Origin: Nocardioides sp.
GTDB taxonomy: Bacteria; Actinomycetota; Actinomycetes; Propionibacteriales; Nocardioidaceae
Assembly (NCBI GenBank): GCA_036741335.1
Contig: DAINSL010000002.1
Span: 1-46,656 of the forward strand
Reading direction: 5' to 3'
Length of the DNA: 46,656 nt
How positions within the stretch are numbered: the first letter of the stretch is position 1; every line of letters starts with the position of its first letter. The notes beneath the pieces were generated by a model. The model was given only the letters and a program-made list of their open reading frames with translations, did not search any database and was not told the DNA's origin. This document shows, piece after piece, positions 1 to 10,309 of the stretch. A program made the position numbers and the translations under genes.

Positions 1-2
1 AG

Positions 3-380
3 ATGATCCCGCAGTGCATCGACCAGGGCGTCGGCGTGATCCCGTGGAGCCCGCTCGCGCGCGGCCGCCTGACCCGGCCGTGGGACACGAAAACCAGCCG
101 GTCGGAGACCGACGAGTTCGGCTCGTCCCTCTATCGCGACGACGACGCGACCGTGGTGGACAAGGTGCTCGGCATCGCATCCCGTCGCGGGGTCGCCCCC
201 GCCCAGGTCGGGCTCGCCTGGCTGCTCGCCCAGCCCGGCGTCACCTCGCCGATCGTCGGGATCACCAGGCCCGAGCACCTGTCCGATGCAGTCGCGGCGG
301 TCGACCTCGAGCTCACCGAGGACGAGATCTCGGAGCTCGGCTCCGACTACGTCGCGCGGGGGATCTCCGGGCATCGGTAG
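3..380 (+). CDS. Aldo/keto reductase, C-terminal part (5' end outside the window)
   Basis: AKR motifs GVIPWSPLARGRL, PAQVGLAWLL and SPIVGITRPEHL; stop TAG at 378-380. Confidence 0.9.
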   Translation: MIPQCIDQGVGVIPWSPLARGRLTRPWDTKTSRSETDEFGSSLYRDDDATVVDKVLGIASRRGVAPAQVGLAWLLAQPGVTSPIVGITRPEHLSDAVAAVDLELTEDEISELGSDYVARGISGHR

Positions 381-449
381 CCGCGGCCGGACGTCCTATA
401 GTGACGCGCCAGGGAAGGTAGGCCCCACCGAGGCGAGGGAACGTTCGCC

Positions 450-1022
450 ATGTTGCTCACCGTTGCCTTCGTACCGCCCGTGCCGATGCTCGACGCATTG
501 AACACGATCGTCGACAAGGCAGGGTGGCGCCCCGGCGACCTCGAACGGATCCCAGCCCCGGAGATGCAGATGTCGGTCGCCGCGTTCGGGAACGTCACGA
601 GCGGCGACATGGCCCATCTCGTCTCGGCACTGTCCCGGCTCTCGGACGGCTGGCCCGCCGCCCCGACGCTGCGCTTCACTGGAGGGGCCGCTCTGGAATG
701 GCCGGGTGACCAGACGGTGTGGGCCAAGCTGGCCGGCGGGGTGGACGCCCTCGACGAGGTCGCCCAGAGCATTGCCCCGGCCATGCTCCGGCTGGGCTAT
801 GCCGTCGACCGGCGCCGCTACCGGCCGTGGCTGCCAGTGGGGACCGTCACCGCGACCACCCCGCTGGACTTCCTCGAGCGGCTGCTGGTCCGGCTCGAGG
901 CCCACGTGGGCGACCCGTGGGAAGCCTCCCACTTGAGCCTGCTGCGTACGGCGTTCGATGCCGGTCGTTCGGGCTCACAGGGATTCGAGGTCTTGCGGGA
1001 GTTTTCGCTGCCTCCCCCATGA
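450..1022 (+). CDS. 2H-phosphoesterase (LigT/ThpR-like) fold protein with degenerate catalytic motifs
   Basis: Layout resembles 2'-5' RNA ligase (MQMSVAAFGNV ... VWAKL ... RRYRPWLPVG ... LSLLRT), but both HxT motifs are altered. Upstream -10-like TATAGT at 397-402. Confidence 0.55.
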   Translation: MLLTVAFVPPVPMLDALNTIVDKAGWRPGDLERIPAPEMQMSVAAFGNVTSGDMAHLVSALSRLSDGWPAAPTLRFTGGAALEWPGDQTVWAKLAGGVDALDEVAQSIAPAMLRLGYAVDRRRYRPWLPVGTVTATTPLDFLERLLVRLEAHVGDPWEASHLSLLRTAFDAGRSGSQGFEVLREFSLPPP

Positions 1023-1061
1023 CCGACGCGCCCGAGTGGTCGACGCCATCTCGAGCGACGA

Positions 1062-3362
1062 CTACGACGCGGCGGCCGAGGTCGCGAGGAGGTGATCGCG
1101 GACCGACTCTCCCGATGCGGGCCGGTGCAGGAGGAAACCCTGTGCGAACGTCGCGCCGACATGGTCGCGCAGGTGTTGCAGCTGGGAGGCCCGCTCGATG
1201 CCTTCGACGATCACGTCGAGCCCCAGTGCGTCACCCATCGCCACGACGGATCTCAGCAGGCGGCACGACCGTTCGTCGCGGTCGATGTCGCTGGACAGCG
1301 TGGCATCGGTCTTGAGGATCTTCACGGGGAGCTGTTTGAGGTAGCTGAGGGAGGAGAACCCGACACCGAAGTCGTCGATGGCGAAGAGTGCGCCCGCGTC
1401 GACCAGCCGCGCCATCGCCTCCATCGTCGTCGTGTCGTCGGTGACCACGCATCGTTCGGTCACCTCCAGGATCAGGGTGACCTCGGGCATCTGCTCCATC
1501 GCGTCGGTCACCTGCCCAACGAAGGCGGGATCCTGGAGCTGTTGGGCCGAGATGTTCACCCCGACGTCGAAGGGGCCCCCCACCGCCTGCTGCAGGATCG
1601 GCGCATCCGCCGCCACCATCTGCAGAATGCGTTGCCCCAACGGAACGATCAGTCCGCTGTCCTCGGCCAGCCTGATGAAGGACTCCGGCGGGACCAGCAC
1701 CCCGTTGCGAGACCATCGAGCGAGCGCCTCCACCCCGGTGATGCGTCCCGTGGTCACGTCCGTGATGTGCTGGTACGCCACACTCAGCTCGTCGTCGGCG
1801 ACCGCGGTGCGCAAAGACTCCAGCAGTTCCAGGCGCTCGACATGGGACTGGCCCAACCGCTTGTCGTAGGTGACATACCGGTTCTTGCCGCGCGCCTTGG
1901 CTTCGTACATCGCCAGGTCCGCCCGCTGCAGGAGCCCTTCGGTGTCACCCGCGTCGTCGCCGATGGCCGCACCGATACTCAGGCTCAGGGGCATGTCGTG
2001 CTCGGCGATGACGACACCGCTGCGCACGGCGGCCAGCAGCCGGTCACACGTCGAGTTCACGTCGTCGGCGTACACGTCCTCGAGCAGCACCGCGAACTCG
2101 TCGCCGCCCAGCCTGGCCACCGTGTCGGCCTTGCGCACGTTCGAGGCGAGCCGGTCGGCGATCTCGACGAGGACGGCATCCCCGGCCGCATGCCCGAAGC
2201 GGTCGTTGATGGGCTTGAAACCGTCGAGGTCGCAGAACAGCACGGCCACGCGGCCGCCGAGAGTATGCGCGCGTCGTTGGGCCAGCTTGGTCCGATCGAG
2301 GAGCAGCGCGCGGTTCGGCAGGTTGGTGAGGATGTCGTGATTCGCGAGGTGGGTCATCGCCTCGGTGAGGCGCAGCCGTGAGAGCGCGTCCGAGGTGACC
2401 GCAGCCATGGCGTCGAGGGCCTGCTGGTCCGCCGCGATGTTGGAGCGGGCACGCTTCCTGGCGGGCGCGACCACCCAGTACTTTCTGCCGTCGTCCTGCA
2501 CGACGGCGCCGACCTCGTCAGCGTTCGGCGGGACGTCCCGCAGGGCTACGTTGCGCAGCCGCAGGAGCCCGCGCGAGCCGTTGAGCAGGGCGCCGGCGGC
2601 GGTGGTCTCGTCCGGGACGGTGTGCAGGAGGACTGCGGTCTCGAAGAGCACCGACAGGCGGCGCGCGTTCTCGCGCCCTCTCGTCACGGCACGCGTGGCC
2701 ACCAGCAGCGTCATCAGCGGCACCGCGAGAAGTCCCCAGGTCCACCAGGGCGTGCTGCGGCTGACCACCGCAGCGAGGTACCCCAGGCAGTCGAACGGCA
2801 CGAAGCAGGCGATCGCGAGCAGCGTTCCCGGCTGGGCCAGCTCCTCCCAGAGCGAGCCGCGTTGCTCGAGGGCAACCGAGATCCCGGACACCACGAAGTC
2901 CAGCGAGAAGTAACCGACGGCGGCGAGCGCGACCGCGAGGAGCTCGCGGGGTGCTCCGATGGCATCTCCGCGTACCTGCGCGACCAGGACCGTGGCCACG
3001 GCGCCGCCCACGATGCCCACGCCCACGTTGAAGAGCTTCGACGCGAGGCGCTTGCCGCTGGTCAGCTGGGTGGCGACCACGGCGATCGCCCATACCGTCA
3101 GGGCGACGTGCGGTTGCACAGCGCACAGCAGGAACATGAGGACGCACGAGTCGAAGCCGACCTCGAGGCCGCCGCCCCCCCGATCGAGGAGCATCGGGAA
3201 GCGGGCGATCAGCACCACGAGCGGGATGCAGAGCAAGGCCATGCGGAAGTATTCGTCGTCCCCTACCACCGTCTGTACGGCGGCGAGGACTCCGATGGCC
3301 AGACCCGCCACGAGCACGAGGCCGTCGAAGACACGGCTCCAGGGCGGCACCTTCGAGGACAT
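1062..3362 (-). CDS. Membrane-bound GGDEF/EAL diguanylate cyclase/phosphodiesterase
   Basis: Multi-TM N-terminus; HDILTNLPNR, DLDGFKPIND, RLGGDEF; EALARW, DDFGVGFSS, EGIE; SD AAGGAG upstream. Confidence 0.95.
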   Translation of the reverse strand: MSSKVPPWSRVFDGLVLVAGLAIGVLAAVQTVVGDDEYFRMALLCIPLVVLIARFPMLLDRGGGGLEVGFDSCVLMFLLCAVQPHVALTVWAIAVVATQLTSGKRLASKLFNVGVGIVGGAVATVLVAQVRGDAIGAPRELLAVALAAVGYFSLDFVVSGISVALEQRGSLWEELAQPGTLLAIACFVPFDCLGYLAAVVSRSTPWWTWGLLAVPLMTLLVATRAVTRGRENARRLSVLFETAVLLHTVPDETTAAGALLNGSRGLLRLRNVALRDVPPNADEVGAVVQDDGRKYWVVAPARKRARSNIAADQQALDAMAAVTSDALSRLRLTEAMTHLANHDILTNLPNRALLLDRTKLAQRRAHTLGGRVAVLFCDLDGFKPINDRFGHAAGDAVLVEIADRLASNVRKADTVARLGGDEFAVLLEDVYADDVNSTCDRLLAAVRSGVVIAEHDMPLSLSIGAAIGDDAGDTEGLLQRADLAMYEAKARGKNRYVTYDKRLGQSHVERLELLESLRTAVADDELSVAYQHITDVTTGRITGVEALARWSRNGVLVPPESFIRLAEDSGLIVPLGQRILQMVAADAPILQQAVGGPFDVGVNISAQQLQDPAFVGQVTDAMEQMPEVTLILEVTERCVVTDDTTTMEAMARLVDAGALFAIDDFGVGFSSLSYLKQLPVKILKTDATLSSDIDRDERSCRLLRSVVAMGDALGLDVIVEGIERASQLQHLRDHVGATFAQGFLLHRPASGESVRDHLLATSAAAS

Positions 3363-3516
3363 GGTGACTCCTTGCCACAGGACACGCGGCTAGGGGGAGC
3401 GTCTCCGTACCGAGTATGCGGACGTCGGGACGGCGCTGTCTTGGCTTTGCCCGATATGGCGACCCCATCGAGGACACCGCCCGGACCCGTGCCCCTCTCC
3501 CACGCGCGACCCGCGA

Positions 3517-5292
3517 CTAGATCCAGTGCGCGAACCAGATGCGCTGGAGCCACTCGGCGTGGGTGAGCAGGCCGTCGGTGTAGATCGGCCAGAACCAGGC
3601 GAAGTTGAGCATCACGAGGACGACGTAGGAACCCGCGGCGACGACCCCGACCGTACGGCGTGGGGTCGGGGCGGTGGAGCGGCCGAGGAGCTTGCCGATG
3701 GCGAGGGTCAGAGCCAGCACCAGGAAGGGCAGGGTGATGATCGAGTAGAAGCTGAAGATCGGCCTCCCGGCGTACAGGAACCAGGGCAGCCAGGTCGACG
3801 CGGCACCGACCACCGCGACTCCGAACCGCCAGTCCCGCGCGCCCACCCACATCGCCACGGCGTACAGCAACGCCGCGATCCCGGCCCACCACACGGCCGG
3901 CGTCCCCAGCAGCAGCACCTGGCGCAGGCAGTCGCTCTTCCGAGGCGCGTCGCAGCCGTCGGTGCCGGGCTTGATCCCGGTCTGCGCGTCGACTCCGACG
4001 GGCCGGTTGAGCAGCAGCCAGCCGCGCGGCTGTGAGGCGTAGGTGTGCGTGCAGCCGGTGAGGAAGTGGGTGTGGAACACGTACACGTCGCGGTGGTAGT
4101 ACGCCAGCGACTCGAGCCCCTGGACCAGCCCCGCGAGCCCGTGCTTGACCGGCTGGTCGGCGGTGGGCCAGTGCTTCTTGGGGTTTTCCTTGATGTCGTT
4201 GCCGCAGTGGCCGGCGCCCGAGACGTACTGCGTGTACTGCGTCGACGAGAGGTACTTGACGTACTGGTCGGAGTGCATCAGCCAGCCGGTCCAGGTCGCG
4301 ATGTAGACGACGAGACCGACCAGGACGAGGTGGAAGAACGCCGGTAGGCCGTCCACCAGCAGTGCGCGCATCCCCGGCCAGGTCACGCCGAACGACCGCC
4401 GCGCGCCCGCGCACCAGGCGACCACGAGCAGCCCGAACGCGGCGAGGGGATAGACCGCCTCCCACTTGCTGCCGCAGGCCAGGCCCCAGCAGATCCCGGA
4501 CAGGAACAGCCACGGCCGGAACAGCAGCGCACGGACCGGTCCCCATCCCTGCGCCAGCTGGCCCGGCACTAGAGCGGCCATCTTGGCGCGGTACCAGTCC
4601 CGGTCCGCCACCAGGCAGTGCACGGCGCAGAGCAGGAAGAACGCCACGAAGATGTCCAGCAGCGCCAGTCGCGACAGCACGAACTCCAGGCCGTCGAAGC
4701 TGACCAGCAGCCCGGCGACGCAGCCGAGCAGCGTCGAGCCGGTGAGGCGTCGTACGAACCGGATCATCACCAGGATCAGCAGGGTCCCGAAGATGGCCGG
4801 TACGACGCGCCAGCCCAGCGGGGTGAACCCGAACGTCTTCTCGCCGAGCCCGATCAGCCACTTGCCGACCTCGGGGTGGACGACCATCGACGCGTTGGGC
4901 TTCCAGAGGCCGGTCGTCTGCCCGGCCAGGATGTGCTTGTTGGCGATGCCGCCGTCGTTGTTGATGTAGTCGCGCGCGTAGCCGAAGTGCCACAGCGACC
5001 AGGCGTCCTTCGCGTAGTACGTCTCGTCGAACTCGAAGCTGTGCGGCGTACCGAGCTTCCACAGTCGCAGGAACAGCGAGAGCAGCGTGATCGACAGGGT
5101 CGCCGTCCAGCCCACGAACGGGTCCTCCAGGCTGCGATGCCGCCGGGCGCGCTCGGCGGCGAGGGGGATCCGCGCGCCGTCGGTGTCGTGGGAGAGCCCG
5201 ACCATGGCGCGGCTCGACTGGGTGCTCGGCTGGATGCTCGGCTGGGACCCGTCCGGGCTGCCCGTGGCAGGCGCGGCGGCAGGGGTCGTCAC
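3517..5292 (-). CDS. pmt: Protein O-mannosyltransferase (GT39, Pmt)
   Basis: [31 protein letters not shown] and HTYAS motifs; divergent from rsmI, the usual actinobacterial synteny. Confidence 0.92.
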   Translation of the reverse strand: MTTPAAAPATGSPDGSQPSIQPSTQSSRAMVGLSHDTDGARIPLAAERARRHRSLEDPFVGWTATLSITLLSLFLRLWKLGTPHSFEFDETYYAKDAWSLWHFGYARDYINNDGGIANKHILAGQTTGLWKPNASMVVHPEVGKWLIGLGEKTFGFTPLGWRVVPAIFGTLLILVMIRFVRRLTGSTLLGCVAGLLVSFDGLEFVLSRLALLDIFVAFFLLCAVHCLVADRDWYRAKMAALVPGQLAQGWGPVRALLFRPWLFLSGICWGLACGSKWEAVYPLAAFGLLVVAWCAGARRSFGVTWPGMRALLVDGLPAFFHLVLVGLVVYIATWTGWLMHSDQYVKYLSSTQYTQYVSGAGHCGNDIKENPKKHWPTADQPVKHGLAGLVQGLESLAYYHRDVYVFHTHFLTGCTHTYASQPRGWLLLNRPVGVDAQTGIKPGTDGCDAPRKSDCLRQVLLLGTPAVWWAGIAALLYAVAMWVGARDWRFGVAVVGAASTWLPWFLYAGRPIFSFYSIITLPFLVLALTLAIGKLLGRSTAPTPRRTVGVVAAGSYVVLVMLNFAWFWPIYTDGLLTHAEWLQRIWFAHWI

Positions 5293-5327
5293 GGTCGGCC
5301 ACTGTACGTGCCTGCGATGATCGGATC

Positions 5328-6203
5328 GTGACCGAGCGCCCGGCTGTCCGCGTGGGTGTCCTCGTGCTCGCGGCCACGCCGATCGGGCAGGCCGGGGACG
5401 CTTCGCCGCGGCTCGCGGCCGAGCTCGCCGGTGCGGACCTGATCGCCGCGGAGGACACCCGTCGGCTCGGGCGCCTCGCCGCCGGGCTCGGGGTGGACGT
5501 CAAGAGGCGGGTGACGTCGTACTTCGACGGCAACGAGGCCGCCCGTACGCCGGGCCTGGTCGAGCGCCTGGTCGCGGGCGACCGGGTGGTGCTGGTGACC
5601 GACGCCGGGATGCCGAGCGTGTCCGACCCCGGCTACCGGCTGGTGGTCGCCGCGGTCGAGGCCGGCGTGACCGTGACCGCCGTACCGGGACCGTCGGCGG
5701 TGCTCACCGCACTGGCGGTCAGCGGGCTGCCGGTCGACCGCTTCTGCTTCGAGGGCTTCCTGCCGCGCAAGGGCGGCGAGCGCGCCCGCCGGCTGGCCGC
5801 CCTCGCCGGCGAGGAGAGGACGATGGTGTTCTTCGAGGCGCCGCACCGGACCGCGGCAGCGCTCGGGGCCATGGCCGCGTCGTTCGGCGCGGAGCGTCTC
5901 GCCGCGGTCTGCCGGGAGCTGACCAAGACGCACGAGGAGGTACGCCGCGGCCCGCTGGGTGAGCTGGTCGGCTGGGCGGAGGAGGGGGTCCGCGGCGAGG
6001 TGACGATCGTGGTGACCGGCGCGAGCCCGACCTCAGTGGCCGACGATGTCGTCTCCCTGCGGAACGCGGTGGCCGACCTCGAGGCCGCGGGCGAGCCGCG
6101 GAAGGACGCGATCAAGACGGTCGCGGCGCGGGCCGGCGTGCCCAAACGCACCGTGTACGACGCGGTTCATGTCGTGGGGCCCGGCGTGGGGGACCCCGGA
6201 TGA
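5328..6203 (+). CDS. rsmI: 16S rRNA C1402 2'-O-methyltransferase
   Basis: [39 protein letters not shown] and RELTK motifs. Confidence 0.96.
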   Translation: MTERPAVRVGVLVLAATPIGQAGDASPRLAAELAGADLIAAEDTRRLGRLAAGLGVDVKRRVTSYFDGNEAARTPGLVERLVAGDRVVLVTDAGMPSVSDPGYRLVVAAVEAGVTVTAVPGPSAVLTALAVSGLPVDRFCFEGFLPRKGGERARRLAALAGEERTMVFFEAPHRTAAALGAMAASFGAERLAAVCRELTKTHEEVRRGPLGELVGWAEEGVRGEVTIVVTGASPTSVADDVVSLRNAVADLEAAGEPRKDAIKTVAARAGVPKRTVYDAVHVVGPGVGDPG

Positions 6204-7084
6204 ACGAGCCGACCCGGACCCGAACGGCCGAGGAAGAGCAGGGCAAGCGCCGCGACCGCGAGCGCCCGCCGTCGCCCGAGCCGCTGCCGCACCCGGTCGT
6301 CGACAACCACTGCCACCTCGACATCGCCGACGGCGAGTGGCTGGAGACCGCCGAGGCGATCGCGCTCGCAACCGAGGTCGGCGTACCCCGGATCGTGCAG
6401 ATCGGCTGCGACCTGCCGGGCGCGCGGTGGGCGGTCGACGCCGCCCGGGAGTACGACGCGCTGGCGGCCGGCGTGGCGCTCCATCCCAACGAGGCCCCGC
6501 GTCTCGCCGCCCAGGGGCGCCTCGACGAGGCGCTCGCCGAGATCGAGCGCCTCGCGCAGGCCCACGACAAGGTCCGGGCCGTCGGTGAGACCGGGCTCGA
6601 CCACTACCGCACGGGGCCGGAGGGGCGAGCCGCCCAGGTGGAGTCGTTCGCCCGGCACATCGACCTGGCGAAACGCCTCGACAAGACCCTGGTGATCCAC
6701 GACCGCGACGCGCACGACGAGGTGCTCGAGGTGATCGACGCGGAGGGCGCGCCGGAGCGCTGGGTGATGCACTGCTTCTCCGGCAACCCGCGCTACGCCC
6801 GTTCCTGCCTCGACCGCGGCGCCTGGCTCAGCTTCGCCGGCACGCTCACCTTCAAGAACGCCCAGCCGGTGCGCGACGCCCTGGCGGTCACCCCGCTGGG
6901 CCGGGTCCTGGTCGAGACCGACGCGCCGTTCCTCACGCCGACGCCGTGGCGCGGCCGGCCCAACGCGTCGTACCTTTTGCCGGTGACGGTCCGGGCCATG
7001 GCCGCGGTCCGCGGGGACGATCTCACGGCCCTGTGCGAGGCCCTCGACACCAACACCGAGACCGCCTTCGGCGGCCCCTGGTAG
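6200..7084 (+). CDS. tatD: TatD family hydrolase/DNase
   Basis: DNHCHL, ALHPNEA, GETGLD, IHDRDAH, MHCFSG and ETDAPFL motifs; ATGA overlap with rsmI. Confidence 0.95.
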   Translation: MNEPTRTRTAEEEQGKRRDRERPPSPEPLPHPVVDNHCHLDIADGEWLETAEAIALATEVGVPRIVQIGCDLPGARWAVDAAREYDALAAGVALHPNEAPRLAAQGRLDEALAEIERLAQAHDKVRAVGETGLDHYRTGPEGRAAQVESFARHIDLAKRLDKTLVIHDRDAHDEVLEVIDAEGAPERWVMHCFSGNPRYARSCLDRGAWLSFAGTLTFKNAQPVRDALAVTPLGRVLVETDAPFLTPTPWRGRPNASYLLPVTVRAMAAVRGDDLTALCEALDTNTETAFGGPW

Positions 7085-7190
7085 GGCGGTTTTCCAGCGG
7101 TTTTCGGACAACGAGACGCCGGTCACGTCACCCCGTGGAGGAGCTTCGAGGAGTTGTGCCTGCCCGAAAGACCTGGCGTAGGGTCTTGAG

Positions 7191-7347
7191 AATGTTGGCC
7201 GGGATCGGGTAACCAGTTCCACCAGCGCCGGTGGCCGCGCGTCCCACGTGCGGCTCCACGAACTCCGTTCGTCCCGCGCTCCACACCGGAGCGTGCGAGA
7301 TGCGCAGGCGCTGCCCGAGGCCCGGAAGGTACGAAGTCTGGAGAGCT
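7191..7347 (+). promoter_or_regulatory. Structured 5' leader of rpfB (candidate cis-regulatory RNA)
   Basis: -10 TAGGGT at 7179-7184. Nested stems 7199-7209/7314-7325 and 7223-7229/7307-7313 enclose hairpins 7234-7254, 7258-7272 and 7276-7294. Confidence 0.55.
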
Positions 7348-8484
7348 GTGCGCCAGAAGTTCGCACGAGTCACCACGAGCAGGGCGGTCCTCGTCGGGGC
7401 CGCGACGGTCGCCGCGGTGGCCGTCGTCGGCACCACGGTGGGCTACGCCTCGATGGGCAAGTCGGTGACCCTCAACGTGGACGGCCACGTCGAGCACGTG
7501 ACCGCGACCGGCGACACGGTCGGTCAGTTGCTCGCTTCGCAGGGCATCTCCCTGGGGTCACACGACGAGGTCGCCCCCGCGGTCGACCAGGCGGTCAACG
7601 AGGGCACCACGATCGCCGTCCGCTACGGGAAGCCGCTCGAGCTGAACGTCGACGGCACCACCTCGACGTACTGGGTCACCGCCACCGACGTGCGTGGGGC
7701 CCTGAACGAGATCAGCCGCAGCTTCGACCGGGCACACCTGTCGGTCAGCCGGGGCGCCGGCATCACCCGCGACGGCCTGCGGATCACGGTCGCCACTCCC
7801 AAGCGGCTCACCGTCGTCATCGGCGGCAAGCATCCGGCGCACCGCACCATCTCCGCGGTCACCGTGGGACAGGCATTGAAGGCGATGCACGTCCACCTGG
7901 GCAAGCACGACGTCGTACACCCCGGGCGCCGACACGTGATCTCCGACGGCGACAGGCTGTGGCTGACCCGCATCCGGATCGTGCGTCGTCACGTCTCCGG
8001 TGAGTCGTTCGGCTACTCCACCATCTCCCGCAACGACTCGTCGATGCTCCAGGGCCACACCTCGGTGGTGCGGGCCGGCCACGACGGTCTTCGCAACGCG
8101 ACCTACCGGATCACCTACCGCAACGGCCGCCTGGTCGCGCGGAAGGTCGTCTCGCAGCAGGTGCTGCGATCGCCGCTCTCGCAGATCGAGCGCGTGGGCA
8201 CCAAGACCGTGGCCGCGCCCTCGACGAACTTCGCAGGAGGCACCACGGTGTGGGACCGGATCGCCCAGTGCGAGTCCGGCGGCAACTGGGCCACCAACAC
8301 CGGCAACGGCTACTACGGCGGCCTGCAGTTCTCCCTCGGCACCTGGCGGGCCTACGGCGGCCCCGGCCTGCCGAGCAACGCCTCCCGGCTGACGCAGATC
8401 GCGATCGCGACCAACGTCCGCAACGCCAGCGGCGGGTACGGCGCGTGGCCGGCCTGCTCGCGGGCCCTCGGCCTGCCCCAGTAG
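7348..8484 (+). CDS. rpfB: Resuscitation-promoting factor B (DUF348 repeats, G5, Rpf transglycosylase)
   Basis: GTG at 7348 after SD GGAGAG; N-terminal TM segment; [13 protein letters not shown]...[12 protein letters not shown]...TW...AWPAC; lies between tatD and rsmA. Confidence 0.95.
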   Translation: MRQKFARVTTSRAVLVGAATVAAVAVVGTTVGYASMGKSVTLNVDGHVEHVTATGDTVGQLLASQGISLGSHDEVAPAVDQAVNEGTTIAVRYGKPLELNVDGTTSTYWVTATDVRGALNEISRSFDRAHLSVSRGAGITRDGLRITVATPKRLTVVIGGKHPAHRTISAVTVGQALKAMHVHLGKHDVVHPGRRHVISDGDRLWLTRIRIVRRHVSGESFGYSTISRNDSSMLQGHTSVVRAGHDGLRNATYRITYRNGRLVARKVVSQQVLRSPLSQIERVGTKTVAAPSTNFAGGTTVWDRIAQCESGGNWATNTGNGYYGGLQFSLGTWRAYGGPGLPSNASRLTQIAIATNVRNASGGYGAWPACSRALGLPQ

Positions 8485-8489
8485 CGCGC

Positions 8490-8536
8490 CAATGATGTCC
8501 CAGTGATGTTGCAGTGATGCCCCGGTGAGGCCTCAC
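8490..8536 (+). repeat. Three 11-bp direct repeats (CARTGATGYYS) plus a 12-bp palindrome upstream of rsmA
   Basis: caatgatgtcc/cagtgatgttg/cagtgatgccc at 8490-8522; GTGAGGCCTCAC at 8525-8536; -10 TAGGCT at 8537-8542. Confidence 0.7.
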
Positions 8537-8549
8537 TAGGCTGACCGCC

Positions 8550-9407
8550 ATGACTTCTGCCGGCTCGAGGATGCTCGGGCCGGCAGAGGTGCGTCAGCTG
8601 GCCGCACGCCTCGACGTACGGCCGACCAAGCAGCGCGGGCAGAACTTCGTGATCGACCCGAACACGGTCCGCCGGATCGTCCGCGAGGCCGGGCTGCACC
8701 CCGATGACGTCGTCGTCGAGGTCGGCCCCGGCCTCGGCTCGCTCACCCTGGCCCTGCTCGGTGACGTCGCCCGGGTGGTGGCGATCGAGATCGACCCGGT
8801 CCTCGCCGCCGCGCTGCCCGACACCCTCGCGACGTACGCCCCGACGCTGGCCGACCGCTGCCAGGTGCTGCAGGCCGACGCCCTGCGCATCGGCGAGATC
8901 CCCGGGCCGGCGCCCACCGCACTGGTCGCCAACCTGCCCTACAACGTCTCCGTGCCGGTGCTGCTCCACCTGCTCGCGCTGCTGCCCAGTCTGGAGCGCG
9001 GCCTGGTGATGGTGCAGGCCGAGGTCGCCGACCGGCTGGCCGCCGGCCCCGGCTCCAAGGTGTACGGCGTCCCGAGCGTCAAGGCGGCGTGGTACGCCGA
9101 CGTACGCCGGGCCGGTGCCGTCGGTCGCAACGTGTTCTGGCCGGCGCCCAACGTCGACTCCGGACTGGTCGCGTGGACCCGGCGCGAACCGCCCGCCACG
9201 ACCGCCACCCGCGAACAGGTCTTCGCCGTCGTCGACGCGGCGTTCGCGCACCGTCGCAAGGGCCTGAGGGGAGCCCTGCGCACCCTGGCCGGCTCGATCG
9301 GGGACGCCACTGCGGCCCTGGAGTCGGTCGGCATCGACCCGCTGGCCCGTGGCGAGTCGCTCTCCGTCGAGCAGTTCGCCCGCCTCGCCGAGGCGATCCG
9401 ATGGTGA
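8550..9407 (+). CDS. rsmA: 16S rRNA adenine dimethyltransferase (KsgA)
   Basis: [37 protein letters not shown] and FWPAPNVDS motifs. Confidence 0.97.
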   Translation: MTSAGSRMLGPAEVRQLAARLDVRPTKQRGQNFVIDPNTVRRIVREAGLHPDDVVVEVGPGLGSLTLALLGDVARVVAIEIDPVLAAALPDTLATYAPTLADRCQVLQADALRIGEIPGPAPTALVANLPYNVSVPVLLHLLALLPSLERGLVMVQAEVADRLAAGPGSKVYGVPSVKAAWYADVRRAGAVGRNVFWPAPNVDSGLVAWTRREPPATTATREQVFAVVDAAFAHRRKGLRGALRTLAGSIGDATAALESVGIDPLARGESLSVEQFARLAEAIRW

Positions 9408-10309
9408 CCCTGACGGTCCGCGCGGCGGCCAAGATCAACCTCCTGCTCGGCGTCGGTGCGCCCCGCGCGGACGGCTTCCACACGCTCGTCACCGTCTACC
9501 AGGCGGTGAGCCTCTACGACGACGTCAGCGCGGTCGCCGCCGACGAGCTCACCGTCGAGACCGAGGTGGCGCCGTACATCGACGCCACCCACCTCCCGGC
9601 TCCCGGCCACAACATCGTCGACCGCGCTGCCGCGGCGCTGGCTGCCCATCACGGCCGGCCGGTCGGTGGCCACGTGCGGATCGACAAGTCCATCCCGATC
9701 GCCGGCGGCCTGGCCGGCGGGTCCGCCGACGGCGCCGCGGCCCTGCTCGCGCTCGACCGGGTGCACGGGCTCGAGACCACCGACGACGATCTCCTCGCCC
9801 TCGCCGCCGGCCTCGGCAGCGATGTGCCGTTCGCGCTGCTCGGGGGCACCGCGCTCGGCGAGGGGCACGGCGAGCTCGTCACGCCGGTCGACGACCTCGG
9901 CTCGTGGTGGTGGGTGGTCGTGCCGTCGGCGACGGGCATGTCGACGCCGGCTGTCTACCGTCACCACGACGAGCTCCGGCCGGACGCCCCGGCCGTGCCC
10001 GGGCCGGCCGACGCGATCCTGGCGGCCCTGGCGAGTGGCGATCCGCGGCGCCTGGCCGACGCGCTCCACAACGACCTCGAGCAGGCCGCCCTCGACCTGC
10101 GCCCCGATCTGGCGGCGCTGCTCGCGGAGGGCGCCGACGCCGGCGCCCTGCGGGGATTGGTGTCCGGGTCCGGGCCGACCTGCGTGTTCCTGTGCGAGTC
10201 CGCCGACCACGCCCGCGCCGTGGCCGCCGTCCTGACCACCGGCCGCGACCAGCGCGTCGTACTCGTGGTGCACGGGCCGGTCGCCGGCGCTCACGAGATG
10301 GCGCGATGA
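9401..10309 (+). CDS. ispE: 4-diphosphocytidyl-2-C-methyl-D-erythritol kinase
   Basis: ATG at 9401; AAKINLLL...[35 protein letters not shown] and VSGSGPT motifs. Confidence 0.96.
   Translation: MVTLTVRAAAKINLLLGVGAPRADGFHTLVTVYQAVSLYDDVSAVAADELTVETEVAPYIDATHLPAPGHNIVDRAAAALAAHHGRPVGGHVRIDKSIPIAGGLAGGSADGAAALLALDRVHGLETTDDDLLALAAGLGSDVPFALLGGTALGEGHGELVTPVDDLGSWWWVVVPSATGMSTPAVYRHHDELRPDAPAVPGPADAILAALASGDPRRLADALHNDLEQAALDLRPDLAALLAEGADAGALRGLVSGSGPTCVFLCESADHARAVAAVLTTGRDQRVVLVVHGPVAGAHEMAR

Noticed and set aside
3363..3516. c-di-GMP riboswitch upstream of the GGDEF/EAL gene
   Set aside because: GGGCAAAGCC on the minus strand is only a superficial match; the two-hairpin GEMM architecture is absent.
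5212..5246. Short in-frame repeats in pmt ([10 protein letters not shown]), miaA (HASGHASG) and the PAP2 tail (IEHIERID)
   Set aside because: Simple slippage duplications in disordered termini with no sign of a wider system.
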